In this document: positions 46,027 through 55,206 of the stretch, piece after piece
Layout: each line of letters opens with the position of its first letter
How positions within the stretch are numbered: the first letter of the stretch is position 1
Assembly: GCA_963833905.1 (NCBI GenBank)
Contig: CAWHZQ010000013.1
Span: 13,902 to 77,901, forward strand
Source: an uncultured Gemmatimonadales bacterium
GTDB taxonomy: Bacteria; Gemmatimonadota; Gemmatimonadetes; Gemmatimonadales; GWC2-71-9
Direction: 5' to 3'
Length of the DNA: 64,000 nucleotides
Notes under the pieces: model-generated
What the model was told of the DNA's origin: nothing
Seen by the model: only the letters and a program-made list of their open reading frames with translations
The model's database searches: none
Position numbers and translations under genes: made by a program

Positions 46027-46042
46027 ACCACCGGAGCTTTCG

Positions 46043-46630
46043 ATGTCGCTGCTTACCGCCCTCACGCTCACCGCGCTCCTGGCGCCGCCGCTCGCCCCGC
46101 CGGCCCAGGCCGCCGACACCGCCTGCCAGGTCCTGCTCCCCAACGACGTGCCCGTCGAAGGGCGCAAGAGCCCGCTCGACTCGCTCACCTTCACGGTGGC
46201 CAAGCAGCCGGTCAAGCTCTGCTACGGGCGGCCTTCGTCGCACGGCCGCACCATGATCGGCGGCGCGGCGGTGCCGTACGGCAGGCTCTGGCGTACCGGC
46301 GCCAACGAGCCCACGATCTTCTTCACGCCAGTGGCGGTGACCGTGGCCGGGATCGCCGTGCCGCCGGGTACCTACTCGTTGTACACGGTGCCCGCCGCGG
46401 CGGAGTGGGAGATCATCGTCAACCGCTCGACCAAACAGTGGGGCGAGGAGAGCAACTACACGCCCGAGGTGCAGAAACAGGAGGTCGGCCGCGCCAAGGT
46501 GAAGAGCGAGACGATCAAATCGCCGGTCGAGACGTTCACCATCCGGAGCGAAGGCGCGGGCAGCGGCGCCACGCTCGTGCTCGAGTGGGAAAAGACCCGG
46601 GTGAAGATTCCGGTCAAGCCCGCCTCCTGA
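46043..46630 (+). CDS. secreted DUF2911-like protein
   Basis: Signal peptide MSLLTALTLTALLAPPLAPPAQA. VPYGRLWRTGANEPT...PPGTYSLYTVP...WEIIVN pattern. Confidence 0.5.
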   Translation: MSLLTALTLTALLAPPLAPPAQAADTACQVLLPNDVPVEGRKSPLDSLTFTVAKQPVKLCYGRPSSHGRTMIGGAAVPYGRLWRTGANEPTIFFTPVAVTVAGIAVPPGTYSLYTVPAAAEWEIIVNRSTKQWGEESNYTPEVQKQEVGRAKVKSETIKSPVETFTIRSEGAGSGATLVLEWEKTRVKIPVKPAS

Positions 46631-46637
46631 CCGGCGG

Positions 46638-47901
46638 TCAGCGGGCCAGGCGCCGGACGCCCTCCACCAGGCGGTCGACCTCGTCGGTGGTCGTGTAGCA
46701 GGCGCAGCCCGCGCGCACGAGGCCGGACGCCGAGAGGCCCAGCCGCTCGACGACCGTCGTTGCGTAGAAATCCCCGTTGGACACGAAGACGCCTTCCGCC
46801 GCCAGCGCCGTCGCCACATCGTCGGTCGTCCGGCCCTGCACGGTAAAGCCCACGGTCGGCGTGCGCGGCCGGCCCGGCGGCGGGCCGTAGAGCCGAACGC
46901 CCTCGAGTCCCTCCAGCCCCGTCCACAGCCGACCCACCAGCTCCTGCCCCCGCTGATGCAGCGCGCCCAGCGCGCGCGCCAGGCGGTCCCGCCGCGTGCC
47001 TCCCTGTGTGCCATCCCCCGCGAGCGACGCGAGGAACTCGACCGCGGCGCCGGCGCCCACGATGCCCTCGTGGTTCAGCGTGCCGGTCTCGAGCCGCTCG
47101 GGTGCGGTGTCCGGTGCGGGCGCGAGCTTGGGCGCGTCGAGCGCTTCGAGCCGATCGCGCCGGCCGTACAGGATGCCCACGTGCGGGCCGTAGAACTTGT
47201 AGGCCGAGCAGGCGAGGAAGTCGCAACCGATCGCGCGGACGTCGACGAGCGCGTGCGGCGCGTAGTGGACCGCGTCCACGAAGGTGAGCGCGCCGGCGGC
47301 TCGGGCGAGGGCGCAGGCGCGGGTGACGTCGTTGACGGTGCCGAGCGCATTCGAGGCCGCGCCGATGGCAAGCAGCCGCGTCCGGGGCGACAGGAGCCGC
47401 TCGAGCGCGGCCCAGTCGAGCTCGCCGGTCGCGGGCACGAGCGGAACGCTCCGGAGCGTCACGCCGCGCTCGCGCGCCAGCGCCTGCCACGGCGCCACGT
47501 TCGCGTGGTGGTCGAGCTCGGTGACGATGATCTCGTCACCGGCACCCCAGCCGCGGCCGAGGGCGCGCCCGAGATGGAAGGTGAGCGTGGTCATGTTGGC
47601 GCCGAAGACGATCTCGGCGGGCGTGGCGCCGAGCAGATCGGCGAGGGCCTCGCGCGCGCCGGCGAGGAGCCGGTCGGTTTCCTCGCTGGTGGGATAGCGC
47701 CAGTGCGTGTTGGCGTTGTGGTGCAGGAGATAGTCGGCCATGGCGTCGACGACCACCTGGGGCACCTGGCGTGCCGCCCGGGCCGTCGAAGTAGGCCACG
47801 GGGTGACCGGCGTGCCGCCTGGCCAGCGCGGGGAAGCGCGCACGGATCTCGGCGGGCGTGTCGATGTCGGCGGAGCGGGCGGGGTCGATCGTCGTCGGCA
47901 T
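46638..47901 (-). CDS. class V aminotransferase / cysteine desulfurase-family protein, with an apparent frameshift near 47770
   Basis: The N-terminus MPTTIDPARSADIDTPAEIRARFPAL lies in ORF 47536..47901. The rest lies in ORF 46638..47843 (TELDHHANV, FLACSAYKFYGPH with PLP-Lys). Confidence 0.75.
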
Positions 47902-48226
47902 GGACCGTCCTGTGGTTACGATGTCACGTTAGATAGAATATCGTAGGATTCGCAGCCATAACGACTTGCGATCACAACATTCGACAAACATTGAACAAGA
48001 AAACTCGCCTGCGGCGCCCCGCGGAGCGCCGCTCGAGGCCGCCGCCGATGCCGTCGGCCATTCACTCGCGCATTCTCCGCCCCCGGACGACTGCGCCGCC
48101 GAAGGTCCCGCATTACCTTCGAAGCGCCCTACGCGGAGTGCGGGGGTTCGTCCGCTCCGCCGCCTCACCAATCTGCCCTGGTTACCTCGCAGTAGGCGAG
48201 CCCTCATAAGGTCCGGATGCCCACGA

Positions 48227-49698
48227 ATGCCCTATCGCTCGAGTCGTAGAACGGTTTCTGGGGCCCTGCTGCTCGTGCTCGGGCTTGCCGTCGCCGGATG
48301 CGGCGGCGGCGGCACCGAGCCGATCATCCCGACGACAGCCGCGCTCAGCGTATCGACGGTGTCCCTCGCCGCGATCGGCCAGACCGCCCAGCTCACCGCC
48401 ACGATCACCGACCAGAACGGCAACACGATCGGCTCCCCGCAGCTCGCATGGACCTCCGCGAATACCGCCGTGGTCACGGTGAGCTCATCAGGGCTGGTCA
48501 CCGCGACGGGCAACGGCACGACCGTGGTCACGGTCAGCGCGGGATCGGCCTCCGCGCAGGCTGACGTCTCCGTGGCGCAGGTGCCCTCGCAGGTCCAGAA
48601 GGTCGCCGGCGACGGCCAGACCGCCACGCCTGGCCAGCCGGTGGCGGTGCCCCTCACGGTCCAGGTGAACGACGGGAGCGGGAGCCCGGTCGCCAACGTC
48701 GCCGTGACGTTCGCCGCCACGGGCGGCACGCTCGGGAGCACGAACGCCTCGACCGGGGCCGACGGCCGCGCCTCGACCGGGTTTACCCCGGTCGCGACGG
48801 GCGCGCAGCAGGTGACCGCGTCGGTCGCGAACACGTCGCTCACGGCCAGTTTCACGGAAACCGGCGTGTCGCCATTCGCCATCGAGCTCCAGTTCCTCTC
48901 CACCCCCACGCCGGCCCAGATGGCGGCGTTCACGGCGGCACGGCAGCGGTGGGAGAGCCTCATCGTCGGCGACCTGCCGAACATCTCGTCATTCAACGCG
49001 GCGGCCGGCACCTGCGGCGACAACTCGCCGGCCATCCAGCCCGCGCGGTGGACGACCTCCTGATACTGGTGACGCTGACGTCCATCGATGGCGCCGGCAA
49101 CGTGCTCGGCGGGTCCGCGCCCTGCTTCATCCGCAACACGGGCCACCTGCCGGTGCTGAGCCTGATGCAGCTCGACACCGACGACCTGGACCAGCTCCAG
49201 ACGGCGGGCTTGCTGCAGGCGGTGATCCTGCACGAGATGGGACACGCGCTCGGCTATGGCACCATCTGGACCGATCTGAATCTGCTGGCCGATGCCTCCC
49301 CGCCGCCCGGCACCGATCCGCACTTCACGGGCGCGCAGGCCACGGCCGCGTTCAACGCGGTGGGCGGCGCATCCTACGTGGCGAGCCTCAAGGTGCCGGT
49401 GGAGAACACGGGCGGCGCGGGCACCGCCGACTCCCACTGGCGCGAGTCCGTGTTCGGCAACGAGCTCATGACCGGGTTCGTGGATGCGGGGGTGAACCCG
49501 CTGAGCCGCGTCACCGTGGCCTCGATGGGGGACCTGGGCTACACCGTGAACCTCGCCGACGCCGATCCCTACACGCTCGCGCCGGGCCTCCGCGCGTTCG
49601 CCCGCGGGCCGGTGATCGAGCTGAAGAACGACGTGCTCCGGGTGCCGATTCACGAGGTGGACGACGCGGGTCGGGTGCTGCGGGTGATCCCGCGGTGA
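48227..49698 (+). CDS. lipoprotein with Ig-like (Big_2-type) domains and a leishmanolysin-like (M8) zinc metallopeptidase domain, with an apparent frameshift near 49045
   Basis: Lipobox LAVAGC. Big_2-like SLAAIGQTAQLTATITDQNGN...VTVSSSGLVTATGNGT. Catalytic region in ORF 48949..49698: VILHEMGHALGYG ... SHWRESVFGNELMTG. Confidence 0.7.
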
Positions 49699-49751
49699 TG
49701 CGGCGACGTGATCGGTGATGCGGGCGACGTACGGTGATGCGGGCGACGAGC
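49694..49751. repeat. Three tandem 19-20-nt direct repeats GGTGATGCGG(G)CGACG...
   Basis: ggtgatgcggcgacgtgatc / ggtgatgcgggcgacgtac / ggtgatgcgggcgacgagc. Copy 1 contains the peptidase stop codon. Copy 3 contains the GTG/ATG start of the next lipoprotein. Confidence 0.7.
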
Positions 49752-50364
49752 GCACGCCTGGTGGCGCTGCTCGCCGTCGGCGCCTGCCACTCGGCTGCTC
49801 CGGCGACGAAGGCGGCGACCAACCCGCCGGCCAGTCCGGCGACCGACACCTGCGCCGCGACGACAGGCGAGCTTCCGCGCTCGGCGACCAGCGCTCGGCT
49901 CGGCGGTGAGTACCGCGTACGCCTCGTGGCGAACACCGGCCCGCGCTCCGGCGAGGCGGTGGATGCACACCTCCGACTCGCACCGCTCGCCGATTCCCTC
50001 CAGGTGTCCGCACCGATGCTCGGGGTCACGGACACGACGACACGCTATCCGCTGGCCGGCTCGACCGATCTCGATCCCGCGCTCGTCGGTGGCGTGAGTA
50101 CCGGCGACAACGCTTCGACCGATCCGACCGCCCCCGGCGTGCTCGTGATCGAGCGGCGCCCGAGCGCCGCCGATGCGCCCGGCGAGTGTCATGCTCCGGC
50201 TCGGTGCGCTGGCGAACCGCCGAGGCGTCGCACGCTTCGATGGCGGCTACTTCGCGCTCACCGTTCGGCGCATCGACGCCGATGGTTTTGCGGGTACCTG
50301 GTCGAGCGGAACGGCCCTCCAAGCTGCCTCCGGCTACTTCTGCGCCGAACGCACCGTCCCCTGA
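49734..50364 (+). CDS. hypothetical lipoprotein, with an apparent frameshift near 50185
   Basis: MMRATSARLVALLAVGAC (lipobox) in ORF 49734..50567. The C-terminus lies in ORF 50173..50364 (VMLRLGALANRRGVARFDGGYFALTVRRIDADGFAGTW). No recognisable domain. Confidence 0.45.
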
Positions 50365-50396
50365 CCCGGCCGCGCCGCCGGCCGTGCCGAATGCGC

Positions 50397-50432
50397 GAAC
50401 GGGACCCGCGGCGATTGCCGCGGGTCCCGTTC
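50397..50432. terminator. Perfect 15-bp GC-rich hairpin between the lipoprotein gene and the 3' end of ssrA (bidirectional terminator candidate)
   Basis: gaacgggacccgcgg-cgattg-ccgcgggtcccgttc. There is no clear U-tract on either strand. Confidence 0.5.
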
Positions 50433-50440
50433 AAATGCAG

Positions 50441-50805
50441 TGGAGGCGCAGGGAATCGAACCCTGGTCCGAGTAAGCGTCCAGAACCGCGTCTACGTGCG
50501 TAGGCTCGTCTTCTTGCCGTCGCCTCGGGTCGGTGCCGAACCGACCTCCCCTCGGCCTAGCTCCTGAAGGATCTCACCACTCGCGTCGGAGCGACGCGCG
50601 CGGCCAGCCCAGGTTTGCGATTCGACGGGAGGCGCTCTGGGCGGGCTCCACCAGCCGAAGGCGCATCAAGCGAGCGTTAGCTCAGCTTACGCGGCCAGTG
50701 CCAGTTCAGTGTTGGCAGTTAAAGCGTTCCAGATGGTTTTACCAGGACTCTGGACCTGGGCACGCTGCCATTCCTTCTACAAACCCGTCGAAGCCAGTCG
50801 CCCCC
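50441..50805 (-). ncRNA. ssrA: tmRNA (SsrA), predicted tag peptide ANTELALAA
   Basis: Reverse complement begins GGGGGCGACTGGCTTCGACGGG and ends GGTTCGATTCCCTGCGCCTCCA. The acceptor stem carries a G3:U pair and a T-arm. Internal reading frame GCC AAC ACT GAA CTG GCA CTG GCC GCG TAA. CCA is not encoded. Confidence 0.9.
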
Positions 50806-50823
50806 GTACGGAGGGTAAATATA

Positions 50824-50982
50824 GACGGAGAGCGGAAGGACGGAAGGACGGAAAGACGGAAAGGTGGCACGGGTTGAATCGGCAAACCATTGGGCAGCAA
50901 TGCAGTTGGCAATCGCCTCCGGTCGCCCGCGTCTTCCCGCCTTTCCGTCCTTCCGTCTTTCCGTCTTTCCGTCTTTCCGTCC
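50824..50982. repeat. Inverted repeat whose arms are tandem GGAARGAC octamers, flanking a ~66-nt spacer
   Basis: Arm 1 is ggaaggac ggaaggac ggaaagac ggaaagg (50834-50864). Arm 2 is cctttccgtccttccgtctttccgtctttccgtctttccgtcc (50940-50982). They could pair over about 31 bp with a few mismatches. The element sits between the GGDEF gene stop (50983) and the ssrA 5' end (50805). Confidence 0.7.
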
Positions 50983-52436
50983 TCACCTCCCCGCCCGCTC
51001 CACCCGGTTCCGCCCCGAATTCTTGGCCACGTACAGCGCCGCGTCCGCCTGCGCCGGCAGCAGCTTCAGGGCCCGTCCGGTCTCGGGACAGGCGGCGACC
51101 CCGAACGACGCGCTGAGCGGCCAGCTCCGGCCGTTCCAGTCCCACGGCGTCGTCCCCAGCTTGATGCGGATCCGCTCCGCGATGCGGCTGCCGACCTCGA
51201 GATCCGCCTTCGGCAGCCAGATGGCGAATTCCTCGCCGCCGATGCGAGCGGCGATGTCGACCGCCCGAACCTGCCCCTGGATGATCCGCGCGAAGTGGAT
51301 CAGCGCCGCATCGCCCGCCGGATGCCCCAGCGTGTCGTTGAGCAGCTTGAACCGGTCGAGATCGGCATACACCAGCGCGCCCTCGCGTGGACCGCGGGGC
51401 TCGGCCTGACTGATGAGCTCCTCGAACTTTCGGCGGTTGGCGAGCCCGGTGAGCCGGTCGGACGACGCGTGGGCGGAGCGCTTGTCGGCCTCGAGCGCCC
51501 GGGCGAGCCGAGGGCCGGCATTCGCCAGCGCTTCGGTCAGCTCCCGCAGCGCGGCGCCGATCGGCTCGCGCCCGCCCGGCGGCCAGATCGCCACCGCGCC
51601 GAACGCCTCGTCGCCGACCAGAATCGGGAGCAGCATGGCCGCGCTCGCGCGCTGGCGCCGGTCGGCGACCACGCCGCCCAGCGGGTCGCCCTCCATCGTG
51701 AATCCGGCCACCTCGCCGCGGGCCACGCGCGCGAGGTCGCTGATCTCGGGGACGACGGTATCCAGCAGGCGGCGGTCGCCACGGCCCGAGACGCCGACGA
51801 CGCGCACCTGCGGCAGCACCGGCAGCGAGCCCGTCTGCTGGTGCTCGACGGGCGCCTCCTTGGACGACCACGATGACCTGGGCGTCGAGCGCGCGCTCGA
51901 GCTGGTAGGCGAGCCGGAGCCCGACGCTCCCGGTGGACTCGAGCGAGGCCTCCTGCGTCTGCGCCTGCGCCAGCGCCACGACCTGCGGGCGTCGGCGCGT
52001 GCCATCGAGCAGGCGGCGGAGATCGGCCTCGACCAGCCCCAGGCCCGAAGCGTCGAAGCCGGGCGGCAGCAGCAGGCCCACGGCCGTGCCCGCCGACGCG
52101 TGGAACACGAGCGTGCCGCTGTCGAGGCGCTCCGCACCGCTCTGCTCCTGGTCGCGGGCGCGCTCGAGCCGCCGGTCCACCGCCACGATCTGCCCCACGG
52201 AGAGCCGATCCGCGTCGACGATGCGCTCGGCGCGCGGCCCCTCCTCGGCGGGGTCGAGCTCGGCCACCCAGACGCCCAGGGCCCCGTAGGCGCGCCGCAG
52301 CCACTCGAGCGCGGGGTCCGGCAGCAGGTGCGGGCCCACACCACCGGCAAGCGAGTGGTCCGGCGCGCCGCCGGGCCAATCCCCAGCCCGCCGCGGCGCC
52401 TGCCAGCGCGGCCAGCACCACCGCCAGGAAGGTCAC
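50983..52436 (-). CDS. membrane-anchored diguanylate cyclase (N-terminal TM, sensory region, GGDEF with I-site), with two apparent frameshifts (~52365, ~51870)
   Basis: The GTG overlaps the corA stop (GTGA) and opens [24 protein letters not shown]. Then GPHLLPDPALEWLRR... in ORF 50777..52339. The GGDEF domain lies in ORF 50983..52350 (RAVDIAARIGGEEF, with RxxD five residues upstream). Confidence 0.8.
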
Positions 52437-53378
52437 TCCCGCAGCCACCCGCGTCGGCGGAACCAGAGGTAGATCGTCAGCACGATGCCGCCCATCGCCG
52501 CGAGCACGACCGGGTAGCCCCACCGGGAGCGCAGCTCCGGCATGAAGTCGAAGTTCATGCCGTACACGCCCACGAGGAACGTGAGCGGGAGGAAGAACAC
52601 CGAGAAGACCGTCAGGATGCGCATCACCTCGCCGGTCCGGTGCGCCGCCAGCGCCAGCTGGACGTTGAGCACGGTGTTGACGTCGTCGAGCAGCTCGTCG
52701 GCGTAGAAGTGCGAGCTCTCGACGTTCTCCTGGACGTCGCGGAACAGCGTGGCCGCACGCCCGGATGCCGGGGTCAGCCGCTGCACGACGTCCAGCGTGC
52801 GCCAGAGCAGGCGCTTGATCAGCGTGACCTGGCGCTTGAGCACGTGCACCTCGCGCAGATCCTCGGCGAAGGCGCGGGTGTCGGCGTCCCGACCGCCGAA
52901 CACCAGCTCCTCGAACGCGTCGATGCGGGTTTCGATGTCCTCCATCGGTTGCAGATAGGTATCGACGGCGCCGTTGAGCACCTGGGTCAAGAGATACGCC
53001 TGCAACCCTTCCTTGCCGGCCTTGGCGGCCGCCTCGGCCTGCGAGCCTGGTCTCGAGCGCCGCCAGCCATGGCTGTTCGGTCCGATGGATGGTGACGAGG
53101 AAGGTCGTGCCGGAAAAGATCGCGAGCTTCCGGGTGAGTTCCTGCACCGTGCCACAGGTCCGCTGCGACTCGGCGTCGAACGCGCGCAGGATCACGAAGA
53201 CGTGGGCGTCGAACTGCTCGAACTTGGGCAGGTGCTCGGGCTCGAGGCAGTCCTTCACGGCGGTGGGCTGGAGGGTGTACGTGCGCACCACCGAGTCGAG
53301 CTCCTCGGCGGTGGGCTGCACGAGGTCCAGCCATACCAGCGGCGGGTCGCTGCGCTCGAGCACTTTCCGGATCGTCAT
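52433..53378 (-). CDS. corA: CorA-family magnesium/cobalt transporter, with an apparent frameshift near 53045
   Basis: The N-terminus [23 protein letters not shown] lies in the frame of ORF 51537..53456. The C-terminus lies in ORF 52433..53155, with [15 protein letters not shown] and two TM helices. Confidence 0.85.
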
Positions 53379-54124
53379 GCCCGGCAGATCCGGCTCGCGG
53401 CGGCGGCGGCGCCGAAGCCGTTGTCGATGTTCACGACCGTCACGCCGGCGGCACACGAGTTGAGCATGCCGAGGAGCGCGGCCAGCCCGCCGAACGCGGC
53501 GCCGTAGCCCACGCTCGTCGGCACGGCGATCACCGGCACGGCCACCAGCCCGCCCACCACGCTCGGGAGCGCTCCTTCCATTCCCGCGACGACGATGACC
53601 ACCCGCGCCTGCCGCAGCACGTCGCCCGCCGCGAGCAGGCGGTGAAGCCCGGCGACGCCGACGTCCACCAGTCGCTCGACCCGCGTTCCGAACGCCTCGG
53701 CCACCACAGCGGCTTCCTCGGCCACGGGCAGATCACTGGTGCCGGCGGAGACGATCAGGACCGGCCCGCCCGTGGCCGCCGGCGCGTCCGGAGCGGCCAG
53801 GTAGACGGTCCTGGCGATCGGATTCCAGGCCAGTCCGGGGAATCGCGCGCGCAGCGCGTCTGCCACCGCCCCGCTGGCGCGCGTGCCCAGGAACGCGCCC
53901 GTGGCCGCGGCGAGCCGCTCGCAGATGGCGACGACCTGCTCGACGGTCTTCCCCTCGCAGAAGACCACCTCGGGCTGCCCCTGACGGAGCGCGCGATGGT
54001 GGTCGATGCGGGCGAAGTCGAGATCTTCGTATGGGAGATGGCGCAGGCGTTCGAGCGCCGCACCGGGGGCGAGACGCCCGGCGGCGACCTCGGCGAGCAG
54101 GGCCTCGAGCTGCTCGGCTCTCAC
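53375..54124 (-). CDS. larB: LarB-like / PurE-related (AIR carboxylase fold) protein
   Basis: The last 249 aa of ORF 53375..54406: [30 protein letters not shown]...[14 protein letters not shown]...[14 protein letters not shown]...VPTSVGYG. The GTG overlaps the dus stop. Confidence 0.65.
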   Translation of the reverse strand: MRAEQLEALLAEVAAGRLAPGAALERLRHLPYEDLDFARIDHHRALRQGQPEVVFCEGKTVEQVVAICERLAAATGAFLGTRASGAVADALRARFPGLAWNPIARTVYLAAPDAPAATGGPVLIVSAGTSDLPVAEEAAVVAEAFGTRVERLVDVGVAGLHRLLAAGDVLRQARVVIVVAGMEGALPSVVGGLVAVPVIAVPTSVGYGAAFGGLAALLGMLNSCAAGVTVVNIDNGFGAAAAASRICRA

Positions 54125-55104
54125 GCCACCGCGGCGACCGGATCGAGATATTCCAGGAAGATCGCCTCGGCCTCCGCGATCGACTCGATCTGGAAGAGCC
54201 GCTGGCGCAGATCGCTCGCGCCGTGCAGGCCCCTGGTGTACCAGCCGAGATGCTTGCGGAACTCGATCACGGTCTTGCGGGTGTCGCCCTGCAGGCGAAG
54301 CGCGAGGCGGGCGTGCTCCAGCGCCACCTGGAACCGCTCGGCGGCGGCCGGCGCGGCCGGCGCGGCTCGTCCCTCGAGCAGCGCGTGCGCATCGCGGAAC
54401 AGCCACGGATTGCCGAAGGCGCCGCGGCCGACCATGATGCCCGCGCAGCGCGTGTGATCGCGCATGCGCACGATGTCCTCGGCGGTCTGGACGTCGCCGT
54501 TCCCGATGACCGGGATCTCGAGCGCCTCGACGACGCGCGCGATCTCGTCCCAGTTGGCCTTGCCCGAGAACATCTGGGTCCGGGTCCGCGCGTGGAGGGT
54601 GAAGGCGCGGGCGCCCGCGTCCTGCATCCGCCGGGCGATGGTGACCGGGTCACGCTGCTCGTCGCTCCAGCCGCTCCGTGTCTTGACCGTGACCGGCAGG
54701 TGCGTGGCGCCGATGACGGCGCGGATGATCCGGTCGACCAGGTCCAGGTCGCGCAGGCAGCCGGAGCCGCCGTTCCGCTGCACCACCTTCTTGACCGGGC
54801 AGCCGAAGTTGATGTCGATGAACTCCGGACGGTAATGCTGGGTGATGAGCGCGGCCGCCTCCGCCATCGCGTTCGGATCGGCGCCGTAGATCTGGATGCC
54901 GATCGGCCGCTCGATCTCCTCGAATTCGGCGCCCTCGAGCGTGTTGCGAATGCGCCGCCGGATGGCCTCGGAGGAGAGGAACTCGCTCAGCACGACGTCG
55001 GCCCCCATCCGCCGGCAGATCTGGCGGAACGGCGCCTCGGACACCCCGGCCATCGGGGCCAGGATGAGCGGGAAGGGGCTCGGGGAGGGATAGGGCAACT
55101 GCAT
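54121..55104 (-). CDS. dusB: tRNA-dihydrouridine synthase (DusB-like)
   Basis: 327 aa starting at MQLPYPSP: [13 protein letters not shown]...[12 protein letters not shown]...GNGDV...[12 protein letters not shown]. Confidence 0.85.
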   Translation of the reverse strand: MQLPYPSPSPFPLILAPMAGVSEAPFRQICRRMGADVVLSEFLSSEAIRRRIRNTLEGAEFEEIERPIGIQIYGADPNAMAEAAALITQHYRPEFIDINFGCPVKKVVQRNGGSGCLRDLDLVDRIIRAVIGATHLPVTVKTRSGWSDEQRDPVTIARRMQDAGARAFTLHARTRTQMFSGKANWDEIARVVEALEIPVIGNGDVQTAEDIVRMRDHTRCAGIMVGRGAFGNPWLFRDAHALLEGRAAPAAPAAAERFQVALEHARLALRLQGDTRKTVIEFRKHLGWYTRGLHGASDLRQRLFQIESIAEAEAIFLEYLDPVAAVA

Positions 55105-55206
55105 GGGGAGAAAATACTTGGCGACCGTACGCTCGGCAACGCCCGCCGGAGGCGCCCGAGCGGCGCTCCGGTGGAACCCGGAGTGCCCGCGCCCCGTAGG
55201 ACTCCT

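Noticed and set aside
47902-50440. A genomic island integrated at the tmRNA 3' end.
   Set aside because: I saw no integrase, no excisionase, no phage or plasmid genes, and no duplicated ssrA 3' segment.
50865-50880. TGGCACGggttgaatc as a sigma-54 (-24/-12) promoter.
   Set aside because: The -12 element (TTGC) is not at the required spacing after TGGCACG. The site also points away from ssrA into the 3' end of a convergently oriented gene.
49682-50982. The tandem 19-nt repeats and the octamer arrays as a CRISPR array.
   Set aside because: The repeats are contiguous with no unique spacers, are far shorter than CRISPR repeats, and have no cas genes nearby.
53375-54124. The LarB-like gene as a second purE acting in purine synthesis.
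   Set aside because: A bona fide purE-purK pair is present at 44390..46026. This protein has the longer LarB-type N-terminal extension and a different context.
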